The notes below the pieces were generated by a model. It searched no databases. It had not been told where the DNA came from and saw only the letters and a list, made by a program, of their open reading frames with translations. A stretch of 64,000 nucleotides of DNA from Mobula hypostoma. Lineage: Eukaryota. Within the stretch, counting starts at the first letter, position 1. Every line of letters starts with the position of its first letter. The stretch lies in the NCBI RefSeq assembly GCF_963921235.1, contig NC_086097.1:249304001-249368000 (forward strand), in the 5' to 3' direction. Positions 25,245 to 37,856 of the stretch are shown in pieces. Made by a program: the position numbers and the translations under genes.

Positions 25245-25324
25245 GCAGAAAATGGTTCGGCACAGCGAAGAAGGGCCAAAAGGCCTGTTTCTGTGCTGTA
25301 GTTTTTCTATGGTTTCTTTTCTAT
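23481..25324 (+). mobile_element. Young CR1 LINE, 5'-truncated
   Basis: Open ORF2 through to the stop at 25244, 3' UTR and tttttctatggtttcttttctatgg tail; nearly identical to the copy at 59497-60089. Confidence 0.93.
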
Positions 25325-26545
25325 GGAAATAGAGAGCTGCCCGAGTAGGCTTTGGAGGAATGGTGTCACTGGCTTGAGGGGGCCAAGAACCATTTTATTT
25401 TATGGGCATACCACAAGAACCTGGTTTATATTCAGGAGGCCAAAGGACTGTATTGTAGGCAGGCCAGGTGGTCTCTGTTCTTTAACTGTTTTAATTTTAT
25501 CCTGACCTATCAACCAGGGTCAAAGAACCAGAACCCCAATGCTTTGTCCCATCACTTTGACGAACCCAAAACAGAGGAGCAGCCTACCACCATTGTGCCC
25601 CAAACCAAGGTGACAGGGCTAATTTGCTGGGGCATCAGTGCACTTGTTCATAAGGCCCAGGTGCAAGGGGTGGTTCCCAAGAATGGTCCTCCGGGTCGTC
25701 TGCTCATCTCAAGTCCGGTCAGGTCTCAGTTACTTCAATGGGTCACACGTCAAGAATGACCGCTCACCCAGAGATTGCCAGGGTCCTCTAGTTCATCAAG
25801 AGAAGATACTGGTGGCCTGAAATGGTGAGGGAGGTCCAACAATCCGTGTGGGCATGTGAGGGGTGGCCTAGAACAAGAAGCCACACACCCAACCTCAGGG
25901 GCTCCTTCACCCTTTACCTGTTCTAGACAGACCATGATATGTACGGCAGCATGGACTGTATCACAGGTCTTCCATCTTCCAAGGGGAATGCCACCATTAT
26001 AGTAATTGTAGATCGTTTTTTGAAGGTCTGCAAATTCATCACCTTGGACAAGCTACCAACTGTGGCGGAGACGGCCGAAATTGTTGTGCACCAGGTCTTC
26101 GGAATCCACTAATTCCCAGCGGATATTGTATCAGATCGTGGTCCTTAATAGGCATCACATTTTTGGAGGGTGTTCTGTATGACGATCGGAGCAACTGAGA
26201 GTTTTTCCGGCTGTCCACTCAGGATTTGCCTCGCTGGGCGGAGTCTGGGAAATTGGCACCCGAGTTCATGGGACCCTTCAAGGTAGCTTACACCTTGCAG
26301 CTCCCCAAGACCCTCAAGATCAATCTCCCTTTCCATATTTCTAAATTAAAACCAATAAACCCCAGTCCATTTGCCCCATCACCACCAGTCCAGCCACCAC
26401 TCAGGTTCATATGTCTTCACTGTAAAAAGAATTCTCAATTCACTAACCGTTTGGGGTGTTTCTCAGTTCCTCGTAGACTGGGAAGGATGATGCAGGGTTC
26501 CTGAAAGGGACATCTGGGATCAAGCTCTCATCCATGACTACCGTC
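25325..26545 (+). pseudogene. Gypsy pol remnant: RNase H C-terminus, integrase, SH3-like region and chromodomain
   Basis: GNRE..ALEEWCHWLEGA..HKNL..RQARWSLFF..YQPGSKN; YWWPEM; MDCITGLP..IVIVDRF..DIVSDRGP; KLAPEFMGPF..FHISKLKP; FTVKRILNS..QFLVDWEG. Confidence 0.9.
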
Positions 26546-26609
26546 AGCGTCTCTCCAAGCAGCCAGGGCCGTCAGGAGTCCGCCGTACGGCGGGGGGGGG
26601 CGGGGGTTC

Positions 26610-26944
26610 TGTTACGACACACACCGGACCACACCATTCTCCATGCCAGTCACACTAACTCTCCGGGATATTCGTAGCTGGTGCAGTCCCCTTAAAGATT
26701 CAGGACCACCCCGCTGATCAGCGGCCATGTATGGCTGCCAGGATTTTTATATTTAAAGAGCACTGGAACCGAGGTTCGGTGCTCAATCCTCAGCTCTGCT
26801 TGGATTATCGTCTAGCATCTAGTTACTACGATACTCTGTTCTAGTTATGACTCTTCTCATTTCAGTCTCGTATCATGCCTTGATTCCAGTCTTGGATACT
26901 CCAGCACTTGGTCCGAACCATCCTCGCCATGGTCTCTCGTCACC
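26610..26944 (+). repeat. 3' LTR of the Gypsy element, preceded by a polypurine tract (26589-26606)
   Basis: GGCGGGGGGGGGCGGGGGTTC-TGTTACG...; TATA-like TATTTAAA at 26750; ends CGTCACC followed by CATGG. Confidence 0.9.
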
Positions 26945-27199
26945 CATGGAATGCCAGTTTTGCCCGGGGTACTCCGGCTTCCACGGTCTGAAGGGTTAAT
27001 CGGGGTTTTGATGTTCCTGGGGCAGCACGGATCAAAGGGGCCAGAGGGGCAACTCCACACCGTTTGATCTTAGAGCAGGTGAAAGGGTTAGCAGAACATT
27101 GTGGGTTGAAGGGCCTGTAGAGTGCTGTAATGTGATATTTGTGGACAACTGTGATGTTTTATGTTGTACATGCAGTTTGTAACAGATGTGCAGTTAAAT

Positions 27200-28154
27200 A
27201 TAAACACCTATGTCAGGATGCTGTTCATTGGCTATAGCTCAGTGTTTAACACCATTATTCCCACAGTCCTGAACCTGGGCCTCTGTACCACCACCTGCAA
27301 TTGGATCCTCGACTTCCTAACCGGAAGATCACAATCTGAACGGATCCGTCATAATATCTCCTCCTCGCTGATGATCAACACTGGTGCTGCTCAGGGGTGT
27401 GTGCTTAGCCCACTGCTCTACTCTCTCTATACCCATGACTGTGTGGCTAGGCATAGCTCAAATACCATCTATAAATTTGCTGACGATACAACCATTGTTG
27501 GTAGAATCTCAGATGGTGATGAGAGGGCGTACAGGAGTGAGATATGCCAACTAGTGGAGTGGTGTCACAGCAACAACCTGGCACTCAACGTCAGTAAGAT
27601 GAAAGAGCTGATTGTGGACTTCAGGAAGGGTAAGACGAAGGAACACATACCAATCCTCATAGAGGGATCAGAAGTGGAGAGAGTGAGCAGTTTCAAGTTC
27701 CTGGATGTCAAGATCTCTGAGGATCTAACCTGGTCCCAACATATCGATGCAAGAGGCAAGACTATACATCATTAGGAGGTTGAGATGAGTCGGTTTATCA
27801 TCTGAAACACTCGAAAACTTCTACAGGTGTACTGTCAAGAGCATTCTGACAGGCTGCATCACTGTCTAATATGCGGGGGGCTGGCTATTGCACAGGATCA
27901 AAAGCCTACAGAAAGCTGTAATATTAGGCAGCTCCATCCTGGGTACTTACCTCCGTGGTAACCAAGACATCTTCAAGGAGCGGTGTCTCAGAAAACCAGC
28001 GTCCATTATAAAGTACCCCATCACCCAACACTCTTCTCATTTTTAGCATCAGGAAGGAGATACAGAAGCCTGAAAATACACACTCAGTGATTCAGAAGCA
28101 GCTTCTTCCCCTCTACCATCGGATCCCTAAATGACTATTGAACCCGTGAACACT
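27200..28154 (+). mobile_element. Rex1/Babar-like LINE RT region; its AT-rich 3' UTR resumes at ~29266-29420
   Basis: [51 protein letters not shown]. Confidence 0.88.
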
Positions 28155-29265
28155 TATCATCATCATAATCAGGTGCCGTGCCCAGTTTGAGCTTTGACTG
28201 CCATGGCCCACACACTCCTGTTTCGGGTCAAGTGGATCAATTCATTGATATTCATTTCCAGTTCTCTGGCTGCTGTCTCCATCATCATTTGTCTTTGCCT
28301 TCCTCTTGCTTTCTTCCCTTTAATCTTTCCCATAATTACTGTGAATTCTAACTCCTCTTTCCTAATCACAAGTCCAATGAAGTTACGTTGCCTTTTCATG
28401 ATCTCATACATTATTTCTCTTTTCGTGTTTGCTCTGTTCATGACATCCTCATTAGATATTCGTTTCGTCCATGATATTCTTTGCATCCTCCCCAAAAACC
28501 ACATCTCTGCTGCTACAATTTGTTTCCTCATGTTACTAGATATTGTCCAACATTGTGAGCCAAATAACATAACTGGATAAATGTAACATTTCAGTGCTCA
28601 GAGGCGGGTTGTCATGCCTAGTTTAGTGTTGGTCAGTATACTCTTCATTCTCTTAAAGCTGTCTTTTGCCATCCCTATTCTTCTTTTGATGTCCACGTCG
28701 CACCTGCCATCTGATGTCACCCAGCTTCCTAAGTAGCTAAAGTTCTGTACTTGTTTTATGTCTTCCCCGTTTATTCTCAGCCTGCAGATAGGATTCTTCT
28801 TCTTTTTGGATATCACCACACATTCTGTCTTTTTGCAAGTGATAAATAGACCCATTTTTGCACTTTCTTCAACAAATATATCAATTAAGTTTTGTAGTTC
28901 TTCCTCCGTACTTGCAATTAACACAGTCATCCACATATCTGAAATTATTGATGTTTTCACCGCCAACTTTGATTCCCAAGATGTCTCTTATTTTTTATAA
29001 TATTGTTTCACTGTACGTACTAAATAAATCAGGGGAGAAAACACATCCTTGTCTAACGCCCCTCTTGATTTTCATAAACTGACTCACTTCTTACAGAAGC
29101 AGTTTGTTCCCAGTACAGATTTCTGATTAGGCAGAGGTCTTTCGAATCTAGATCTAGAGTTTCCTGTAATATTTCAAATAACTTATTGTGCCTCACTTTA
29201 TCAAATGCTTTTGTGTAGTTGATAAAACAAACAAACAAATCTTTTTGCACTTGAATAGCTCGCTT
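28155..29265 (-). mobile_element. RTE-clade LINE fragment with (GAT)n tail, inserted into the Rex1 3' UTR
   Basis: FINYTKAFDKVRH, GVRQGCVFSPDLF, FSYLGSWVTSDG, AEMWFLGRMQRISWTKRISNEDV. Confidence 0.88.
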
Positions 29266-29607
29266 TTTATATATTATTTTAATGCACTATTTTTAATTTA
29301 ACTATTTAATATACATATATATACTTACTGTAATTTACATACTTAGTTATTGTTTTCTATATTATCATGTATGGCATTGTACTTCTACTGCTAAGTTAAC
29401 AAATTTCACAACTGATTCTGAACTATATTGTCCACAGTGTAAGCAGAAGCCCTTTCCACGGTGTAACTTGGTATACCTACTGCATTAGAAATTGGTTTTA
29501 TTCAAATATTTTTAGTTTTCCTAAATAGTTTTTGGCTTTTAATTATTCATTGAATAAATACATAGCAAATTAAATTTCTTAGCTCTTAGCTTAAACACTG
29601 TCAAATA

Positions 29608-30145
29608 CACTGAATGGCCACTTTATTAGGTACAAGAGTGGAATCCGGTGTGGTCATTTCCTGCTGTAGCCCATCCACTTCAAGGTTCAATGTGTTGTGT
29701 GTTTAGAGATGCTCTTCTGCACACCACTGTTGTAACGTGTGGTTATTTGAGTTACTGTTGCCTTCCTGTCAGCTTGAATCAGTCTGACCGTTCTCATTAA
29801 TGAGGCATTTTCACCCACAAATGACTGCTCACTGGGTGGTTTTTTGGGGTTTTTTTTTGCACCATTCCTTGTAAACTCTAGAGACTGTTGTGTGTGAAAA
29901 TCCCAGGTTATCAGCAGTTTCTGAGATACTCAAACCACCCTGTCTGGCACCAACAATCATTCCATGGTCAAAGTCACTTGGATCATATTTCTTCCCCATT
30001 CTGATGATGGGTCTGAGAGCAACTGAACCTCTTGACCATGTCTACATGCTTTTATGCATTGAGTTGCTGCGTAATGATTGGCTGATTAGATATTTGCATT
30101 AATGAGAAGGTGTACAGGTGTGTCTAATAAGGTGATCACTGAGTG
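29608..30145. mobile_element. Non-autonomous Tc1/mariner-type element (MITE)
   Basis: Imperfect TIRs CACTGAATGGCCACTTTATTAGGTACA / TGTGTCTAATAAGGTGATCACTGAGTG with TA on both sides (29606-29607 and 30146-30147). Confidence 0.8.
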
Positions 30146-30414
30146 TAGATCTGAGTAAACATTTGTCTTTTCTCTGGGTCTGTGGTAACACTCCCTGATA
30201 TCTTCAGTGACCTCTCACTGGCTGCCCCTTTACACTTTTTTGGAACAAAATAAACGTTATTCAGAATAAAAATGTATATTTACAAGAATAAACTGCGCAA
30301 TGCCTTTTTATCCTTTGCATTCAAAGTCAACGCTTTCAATAGAAGTCAATGCTTTCAACAGTGTTGTATACATTCCTACACACCAATAGCGTTATTGGCA
30401 TTCACGTGGTACTC

Positions 30415-31060
30415 TGGGGTAATTCTAACTGTTTACATCACCATCTGCTGTGCAGGGGCCACTGCACCGGATTGGAAAAAACTGAAGGAAGTTTCAAATT
30501 CAGCCAGCTCCCCCATGGACACTAACCTCCCCAGCATCCAGGACATCTTCAAAAGGTGATGCCTCAGAAAATCTTATCCATCATTAAGGACCCCTGTCAC
30601 CCGGGAAATTTTCATTGCTGCCATCAAGGAAGAGGTACAGGAGCCTGAAGGCTCAATGACTAAGAGACAGCTTCTCTCTGCCATCTGATTTCTGAAAGGA
30701 CGATGAACCCATGAACACTATCTCTGAGAAACATGCACAAAAATTAAAGTATTTTCTTCATTTGCTCATTTGTTATGTGCCATGTCATATGTTCCCACAA
30801 CCTGAGAACTCAATTTCAAGGACTTTTCATCTCATGTTCTCAATATTTATTACTTACTTATTATTACTTCTTCCTTTTTTGCATTTGCACATTTTCTTGT
30901 CTTCTGCACTCTTGTTGGATGCTCAAGTTGATGCGGTCTTTTGTTGATTCTGTTATGGTTACGTATTACTCTATTATGGATTTACTGAGTTTGCAATGAA
31001 TCTCAAGGTTGTATGTGGTGACATATATGTACTTGAATAATAAATTCACTTTGAACTTTT
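30415..31060 (+). mobile_element. Rex1-like 3' fragments and 3' UTR
   Basis: LPSIQDIFKR motif; tail aatctcaaggttgtatgtgg...aataataaattcactttgaact. Confidence 0.65.
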
Positions 31061-31389
31061 AAACAATCTGTTTATACTGAAACTAGTGTGTCTGCTGATC
31101 TGTGGATACGTGTATTCATTACATTTTCACCCACGTTTTTTTTCCAGATTTATTTTACTGGATAGATGTTCAATGAGCTGCAAAGGATGGGTCAAACTTT
31201 CCCTTTCATGATTTTGCATCCTCCCACCCTGTACCCTGACAGCAGTGGTGGGGAAAGTGCTGGAATGCCTAATAAAGGTTTTGGTAACATCAAACAGGGC
31301 AGTACAGGAACAGACCCCTCAGCCCTCTTTATTGTGCCTCTTAATTACAGCCCTCTTAATTACGTTGATGATAGAAAGAGTGAGAAAGT

Positions 31390-31965
31390 CAGAGATGTAC
31401 AGCAAAGAAATAGGCCATTGGCTGATCTAGTCCACGCTGAACCATTTAAACTGCTGACTACCATCAACCTGCTCCGGGACCATACCCCTCCATACCCCTC
31501 TCATCATGTATCTATTCAAACTTCTCTTAAACGTCGAAATTGAGCTCACATGGGCCACTTGCGATGGCAGCTCGATCCACACTCTCACGACCTTCTGAGT
31601 GAAGAAGTTTCCCCTCATGTTCCCCTTAAACATTTCACCTTTCACCCTTTACCCATGACCTCTAGTTGTAATCCCAGCCAACCTCAGTGGAAAAAGCCTG
31701 CTTGTATTTACCCTATTGATACCCCTCATAATTTTGTGTACCTCTATCAAATCTCCTCTCAATCTTTTACATTCTAAAGAATACAGTCCCAGCCTATTTA
31801 ATCTTTCTCTATAACTCAGGTCCACAAGACCTGGCAAAATCCTTGTAGATTTTCTCAGCACTCTTTCAACTTGGTTTTCATCTTTCCTGTAGACAGGTGA
31901 CCAAGTTAGGTCTCATCGCCGTCGGAAACAACTTCAACATAACATCTCATCTCCTGTACTCAGTG
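31390..31965 (-). mobile_element. CR1 3' end
   Basis: LSYRERLNRLGLYSLE..RGDLIEV..TRGHG, NFFTQKVVRVW. Confidence 0.85.
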
Positions 31966-33580
31966 TGTTGTATCTCAGTGCGTGGAGTATAAGGAATAAG
32001 GTGGATGATCTTGTTGCACTATTACAGATTGCCAGGTAGGATGTTGTGGCCATCACTGAATCGTGGCTGAAGGGTGGTTGTAGCTGGGAGCTGAATGTCC
32101 AAGGTTACACATTGTATCGGAGGGATAGGAAGGTAGGCGGAGGGGGTGGTGTGGCTCTATTAGTAAAGAATGGCATCAAATCAGTACAAAGATGTGACAT
32201 GGGGTCGGAAAATGTTGAATCCTTGTGGGTTGAGTTAAGAAACTGCAAGGTAAAAGGACCCTGATGGCAGTTATATACAGGCCTCCCAACAGTGGCTAGG
32301 AGGTGGACCACAGATTACAACAGGAAATAGAAAAGGCGTGTCAAAATGGCAATGTTATGGTAGCCATGGGAGATTTTAACATGCAGGTTGATTGGGAAAA
32401 TCAGGTTGATAATGGATCTCAAGAGAGTGAGTTTGTTGAATGCCTAAGAGATGGCTTTTTAGAGCAGGTTGCAGTTGAGCCTACGAGGGGATCAGCTATA
32501 CTAAATTGGATATTATGTAATAAACCGGAGGTGATCAGGGAGCTTAAGGTAAAGGAACCCTTAGGAATCAGTGATCACAATATGATTGTGTTCAACTTAA
32601 AATTTGATAGGGAGGAAGTAAAGTCTGATGTAGCAGTATTTCAGTGGAGTAAGGGAAATTACAGTGGTATGAGAGGAGTTGGCCAAAGTAAACTGGAAGG
32701 AGCTGCTGGCAGGGATGTCAGCAGAGCAGCAATGGCGTGCGTTTCTGGGAAAAATGAGGACGGTGCAGGACATGTGTATTCCAAAAATGAAGAAATACTC
32801 AAATGACAAAATAGTACAAAGTGGCTGACAAGGGAAGTGAGAGCTATTGTAAGAGCAAAAGAGAGGACATACAACAAAGCAAAAATTAGTGGGAAGATAG
32901 AGGATTGGGAAATTTATAAAAACCTACAGAGAGCAACTAAAAAATCGTTAAAGGAAAATATGAAATATGAAAGCAAGCTAGCAAATAATATCAAATAATA
33001 GTAAAAGCTTTTCAAGTATGTAAAAAAAGAAGAGAGATGTGTGGATATAGGACCGCTAGAAAATGAGGCAGGAGAAATAATAGCGGGGGACAAAGAGATG
33101 GCTGATGAACAAGTAAGTATTTTGCGACTGTGGAAGACACTAGCAGTATGCCTGATGTTGTGTGTGAAGGAAGAGAAGTGGGTGCAGTTACTGTTACAAG
33201 AGAGAAGGAGCTCAAAAAGCTGAAAGAACTAAAGGTTCATAAGTCACCCAGACCAGAGGAACTGCACCCTGGGGTTCTGAAAGAGGTAGTGTTAGAGATT
33301 GTAGTGACATTAGAAATGATTTTTCAAAAATCATTGGACTCTGGAATGGTGCCAGAGGACTGGAAAATTGCAAATGTCACTCCACTCTTTCAGAATGTTG
33401 AAAGGTCTGGACAGAATAGATGTGGAAAGGATGTTTCCCATGGTGGGAGGGTCTAGGACAAGAGGGCACAGCCTCAGGATAGAGGGGTGTCCATTCAAGA
33501 CAGAAATGCGGAGAAATTTCTTTAGCAAAGGGTGGTGAATTTGTGGAATTTATTGCCACATGCAGCTGTGGAGGCCGGGT
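31966..33580 (+). mobile_element. CR1 ORF2 5' half including APE endonuclease, joined to a 3'-end fragment
   Basis: DVVAITESWL, YRRDR..GGGVALLVK, MGDFNM, EPLGISDHNMI, PEDWKIANVTPLF. Confidence 0.88.
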
Positions 33581-33889
33581 CAGAACATCTGTGGATGCTG
33601 GTCAGAGGCTACTTGAGACATACCCCATTGGGAGCATTCAATAGGTAGTAGGATCTCATCCCCACTACCACCCCCTGGTGATAACAATCTCAAGGAACCT
33701 CTGTAGCCACCTTTTGTAAATCTCCTGGTAGCCTTTTTCTTGGTACTGATCCAGTTATTTCCTCACTTGCACCAGCCCCTTGGCCTGCTGGTACATCCGT
33801 GAGAGTTTTCTATCTTCCATGAAGGCAGACACAATGGTGGTTCAATCTTCCTAACAGTCCCTGGCAGTGAAGGACCCATGTTTGTCTTC

Positions 33890-34380
33890 TGCAACACACA
33901 CAAGATGCTGGAGGAACTCAGCAGGTCAGGCAGCATCGATGGAAGTGAGTAACGAGCTGATGTGTCTGATGAGACCCTTCACCAGGACTGGAACAGAAGC
34001 GGAACAAAGCCAGAATAAGAAGGTGGGGGAAGAGGATGGAGGGCAAGCTAGAAGGTGATGGGTGAAGTCAGTTGGACGGGGGAGGGGGGATGAAGTAAGA
34101 AGCTGTGAAACGATAGGTGGAAAAGGTAACGGGCTGAAGAAGAACGAATCTGATTGGAGAGAAGAGTGGACCATGGGAGAAAGGGAAGGAGGAAGGGAAC
34201 CAGAGGGAGGTATATGAAGGTGAGGAGAGGAGAAAGCATTAAAAGGGGAGACAGAATAGAGAATCAAAGACAACAGAAGGGGAAGGGAGAAAAATTACCG
34301 GAAGGTAGAGAAATTGATGTTCATGCCGTCAGGTTGGAGGCTACCCAGACGGAATATGAGGTGTTGCTCCTCCACCCTGA
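33890..34380 (-). mobile_element. Penelope-like 3' end/pseudo-LTR, degenerate
   Basis: End of a GIY-YIG ORF (RVEEQHLIFRLGSLQPDGMNINF), CT-rich tract and degenerate hammerhead. Confidence 0.75.
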
Positions 34381-35069
34381 GAGGAATGAAAACAGTTGGC
34401 CACCTGCTTGTTGTGGTCAGAGTGAAGGTGCTTGGCGTGTTTATCTTCCCCAGCCCTTCCCCCCTGACTTAACTAGGGAAGATCTAACAATTAGCTTTTA
34501 GATAATGAATGCGACCTAAGTTTTGGCCATTTATTTTGCTGTGTGTTTGTGCCTTAAAGGACATATCCAAACTATGTATTTTGTTTTAAATATTAGCAAC
34601 TGTTTGTCTATTGTCATACACATAATTCATCAAACCGCAGCTGGTGAAGGGTCTCATCTCAAAACGTCAGCTCTTTCTTCCTCTCCATAGACGCTGCCTG
34701 ATCTGCTGAGTTTCGCCAGCATTTCGTATGTGTTGACTGAATAGCCAGGATCTCCCGTTCAACATTCAAAGTACATTTATTATCATCGTATGTATACTAT
34801 ATACAACTTTGAGATTCAGCCACAAAACAAAGAAACCCAAAAGAACCCATTTTTATAAAAAGAAAACAAATACCCAAGGTGCAGGAAAAAAATCATGGAA
34901 GCAATAAAAGTAGGCAAATACCATTCAAAGCTGCAGTTCTCGAACGTGAGTCCAGTCACAAAGCCAGTCACCACTGCAGCTGGTTCAGAAGCCACAGCCT
35001 CAGTTCAGCTCAGAGATGAGTAAGTATCACGGACCAGTGAGATGAACTTTGGCCTCTGACCCCAAAACG

Positions 35070-35430
35070 CTGACCTTTTCAATCTGGCCCGATGCTTAAA
35101 TCAGCCAAAGCCTGGGTTATTCCTCACTCTCAGACCTGGGCCCAGGCACTTCAGTACATTCTCAGGCCTGGGGCCTAGGCCCTGCCACCTGGATTCAGCC
35201 CATACCTGTCCTTTCCAATCTGGCCCCGTCCCGTCCCTAACTCAGCTAACCAGCAGGTCATCCCTTGCTCCGAACCCAGGCCCTGCCACTGTCATATGCT
35301 CTCGGGCCCAGGTCCCACTGCCTCGATTCAGCCTGTACCCGATCTTTCCAATCTGGTCCAGCGCTTAAATTGGCCAAGCTGGGTGTACCTCACTCTTGGA
35401 CCCGGGGCCCTGCCACTTCAATATGATCTC
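35070..35430. repeat. Degenerate tandem repeat, period ~134 bp, ~2.7 copies
   Basis: tttc(c)aatctgg(c/t)cc recurs at ~35077, 35212 and 35345, with ccctgccac/gattcagcc in similar positions. Confidence 0.6.
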
Positions 35431-36084
35431 ACTGAGATTCATAATTTCGCAGTTTCCTTTGGTTAATTTGAAAACCCTGGTCTCAGATTGAAATACATCA
35501 TTTTCAAAGTTAATGTAATATTCTATTGCCTTTCGTTCCAAGAGCCTTCATTGCAAAAAGATTGTTAATTAGCTCATTCTAATTACTCAGTACTAATTCT
35601 AAGATTGCCTTCTCCCTTATTCTTCCTCAACATTCTGATTTTGAACTCAGTCTCCTGTGTATTCCAGGGACCTCTTCTCTTCAACAGTTACTTGCTAATT
35701 TCATGTCGCTGGCCTGATTGCAGATTCAGCTTTCCTGTGATTATTGGATTATCCATTAGCAAACATCTCTAATTTCCTCATTTATTGCCAACTCCATATC
35801 ACAATTACTGTTTGGAGGCCGAGGAAGAACTCCTATTAATGCTTTGTGTTCCTGCAGCCTCCTATTCAATCTGATTATATATTACAAACTGCCAAGCCAA
35901 ACGCCGTTTAATTATCATACTGATAACATCCTTTCTTCACAGTGTTACTCCCCCTCCCACTTTTTTCCCATTAAGCCTGTCTTTCTCAAAATATTGAATG
36001 CCTGATATTGTTTTTGGCTATATTCAATTAATTTATAGAAGATTTAGATTTCTGATTCAGATTTATTGATGAGATGTACAGTAA

Positions 36085-36730
36085 AACATGGAGTGGAATG
36101 CGTTTAGGATGGTGGTGGATATTGGTAGCTCTGGCTGAGGTGTTTAATGCTGTGGTGTTCACCGAGCTTGGCAAACAGCTTGCAGACGTTTCATCACTGG
36201 TTGAGGTGACATCCTCAGTGCGCAGTTGTTGGTGTTTTTCTCTAGGAGTGCTCGTGTTTGTAAAGCCCTCCCCCCCACTCCCATTCACTTACCTCGGTCC
36301 TGATTGGCTACCACTTCCACTGTCCTTTGAATTCTATTGGCTCGAGTTTCTTTGGCTCATAGGGGTTCGTAGGTGCTGTCTATTTCGATATGATTGTTTA
36401 CGGTGTTATCAGACGAGAGCCACGCTTCTAAGAATTTTCATGCCTGCTTCGAGTTTGCCTGCGCTAGATTCTCCGCGGTGCCCCTGTCATGGTGGTGTCC
36501 TTCTCGGTCTTCGTGTTCTGAGATTGGATCATGTCTCCATACCGCCAGTGTGTGTGTTCCTGTAAACGAGTTGAGAGTTTACGTCCTGTCTGGCTGACGT
36601 AGTTCTTGTTGCAGTCTCCGCAGGTGATCCTGTACACCACATTGCTTTTGTCAGTTGCCTTTACTGGTACCTTGGTTCCTAAGATAAGCTTCTTTAAAGT
36701 CACAGAGGTTCTGGCTCAAGAGAACAACCA
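36085..36730 (-). mobile_element. Penelope-like element, second family (GIY-YIG C-terminus plus 3' region)
   Basis: KSNVVYRITCGDCNKNYVSQTGRKLSTRLQEH, followed downstream by a hammerhead motif. Confidence 0.85.
36182..36221 (-). ncRNA. Minimal type I hammerhead ribozyme motif (PLE family 2)
   Basis: Minus strand reads GCA-CTGAGGA-T-GTCAC-CTCAACCA-GTGAT-GAAA-CG-TC^TGC. Confidence 0.75.
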
Positions 36731-37856
36731 ACACACCTAACAACGTTACACACACAAGGGTGTTATGTGGCTGCCTCTAAGGGGACAAATCTCAAGTAGT
36801 ATAATGTATGCATACTTTGATAATAAATGTACTCTGAACTTTGAACATTCAAAATGCTGGAGAAAGCATTGTCCTGATGAAGGGTCTCGGTCTGAAACGT
36901 CCACTCTCTGTTCCTGTCCGTAGACCCAGCCAGACCCACTGAGTTTCTCCACCATTCTGTGTGTGTGTAACTTGGTTGTATGTCGATTCATGTTGTAAAT
37001 TTTGCATTTTAATCAGACATGGTGTATCTAATCAAATCCCACCTCTCCCACAAAAAATATTTAAAAATATAAAATTGAATGTCCAATCATGGGCACTTGG
37101 GCGTTCATAAGAAATCAGGCACATATTGTGATACAGCCTGGTGTACATGTACAATTTTATAGGATGTCATTTATGTAAGAAGGCAATCAAGAGTAAAAAA
37201 GACCTAAGAGCAGCTGCTCACGCGGTCAGGCAGCATTTGTGGAGGAAGACAGAGTTAATGTTTCAGACTAATGACCTTTCATCAGCACATATTATCCAAA
37301 TGAAATGTGTTATTATTTAAATTGAATGTCCATTTATAGCTTTTAACATAGAGGACAAACTTGGTGAGGGTTTACATTGAACATTTTATCACTGAACTGC
37401 TACTCGACCCTATGTGCACTGTAGCCTCCAGTTCCGGGTGAAGCCCTCACATTGCCCGCTGGGAAGTGAAGTTCTTTATGATGTACACATCTTCCATGTT
37501 TATGAAAAACAAACACAACGCTATGTTCTCATAAACGTGCCAGAAACAACTATCCTTTCCAACGAAGACAACTATATACCGTAGCCCGTCTCCTGCTGTT
37601 TCTTTTCAAATTTTCAACTGTTCGACATTCCAACTTCAATTGTAATGAGCAACTTCAGCCCATTATCCACTCAGCAACTTCCGATCAGTAGGGGTTGACC
37701 ATGGGTGTTGCCACTCAGCTGTTGACATTGTTGGTGCAGCACTGTCAGTCGATACGCAAGCCAGGGCAGTATGATATGGAGAGCAAGCTGTTGCCTGTGC
37801 AGCAGGCTAACCCTCTCCACACAGCTGGTGAATCCAAAGGAACGGCGAGACCGATA

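Larger units (their letters stand above)
18460..26944 (+). mobile_element. Ty3/Gypsy chromovirus (Tf1/sushi group) LTR retrotransposon, decayed, with both LTRs and 5-bp TSD
   Basis: TGTTAC...CGTCAC(A/C) LTRs, CATGG duplicated at 18455-18459 and 26945-26949, G-rich PPT before the 3' LTR, and gag, RNase H, integrase and chromodomain remnants. Confidence 0.92.
18354..27130 (+). mobile_element. V-SINE-like element split by the LTR retrotransposon (parts 18354-18459 and 26945-27130)
   Basis: The head ends ...ggagtctctgtaCATGG and resumes CATGGaatgccagttttgcccggggtactccggcttccac, collinear with the intact SINE at 4318. Confidence 0.75.
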
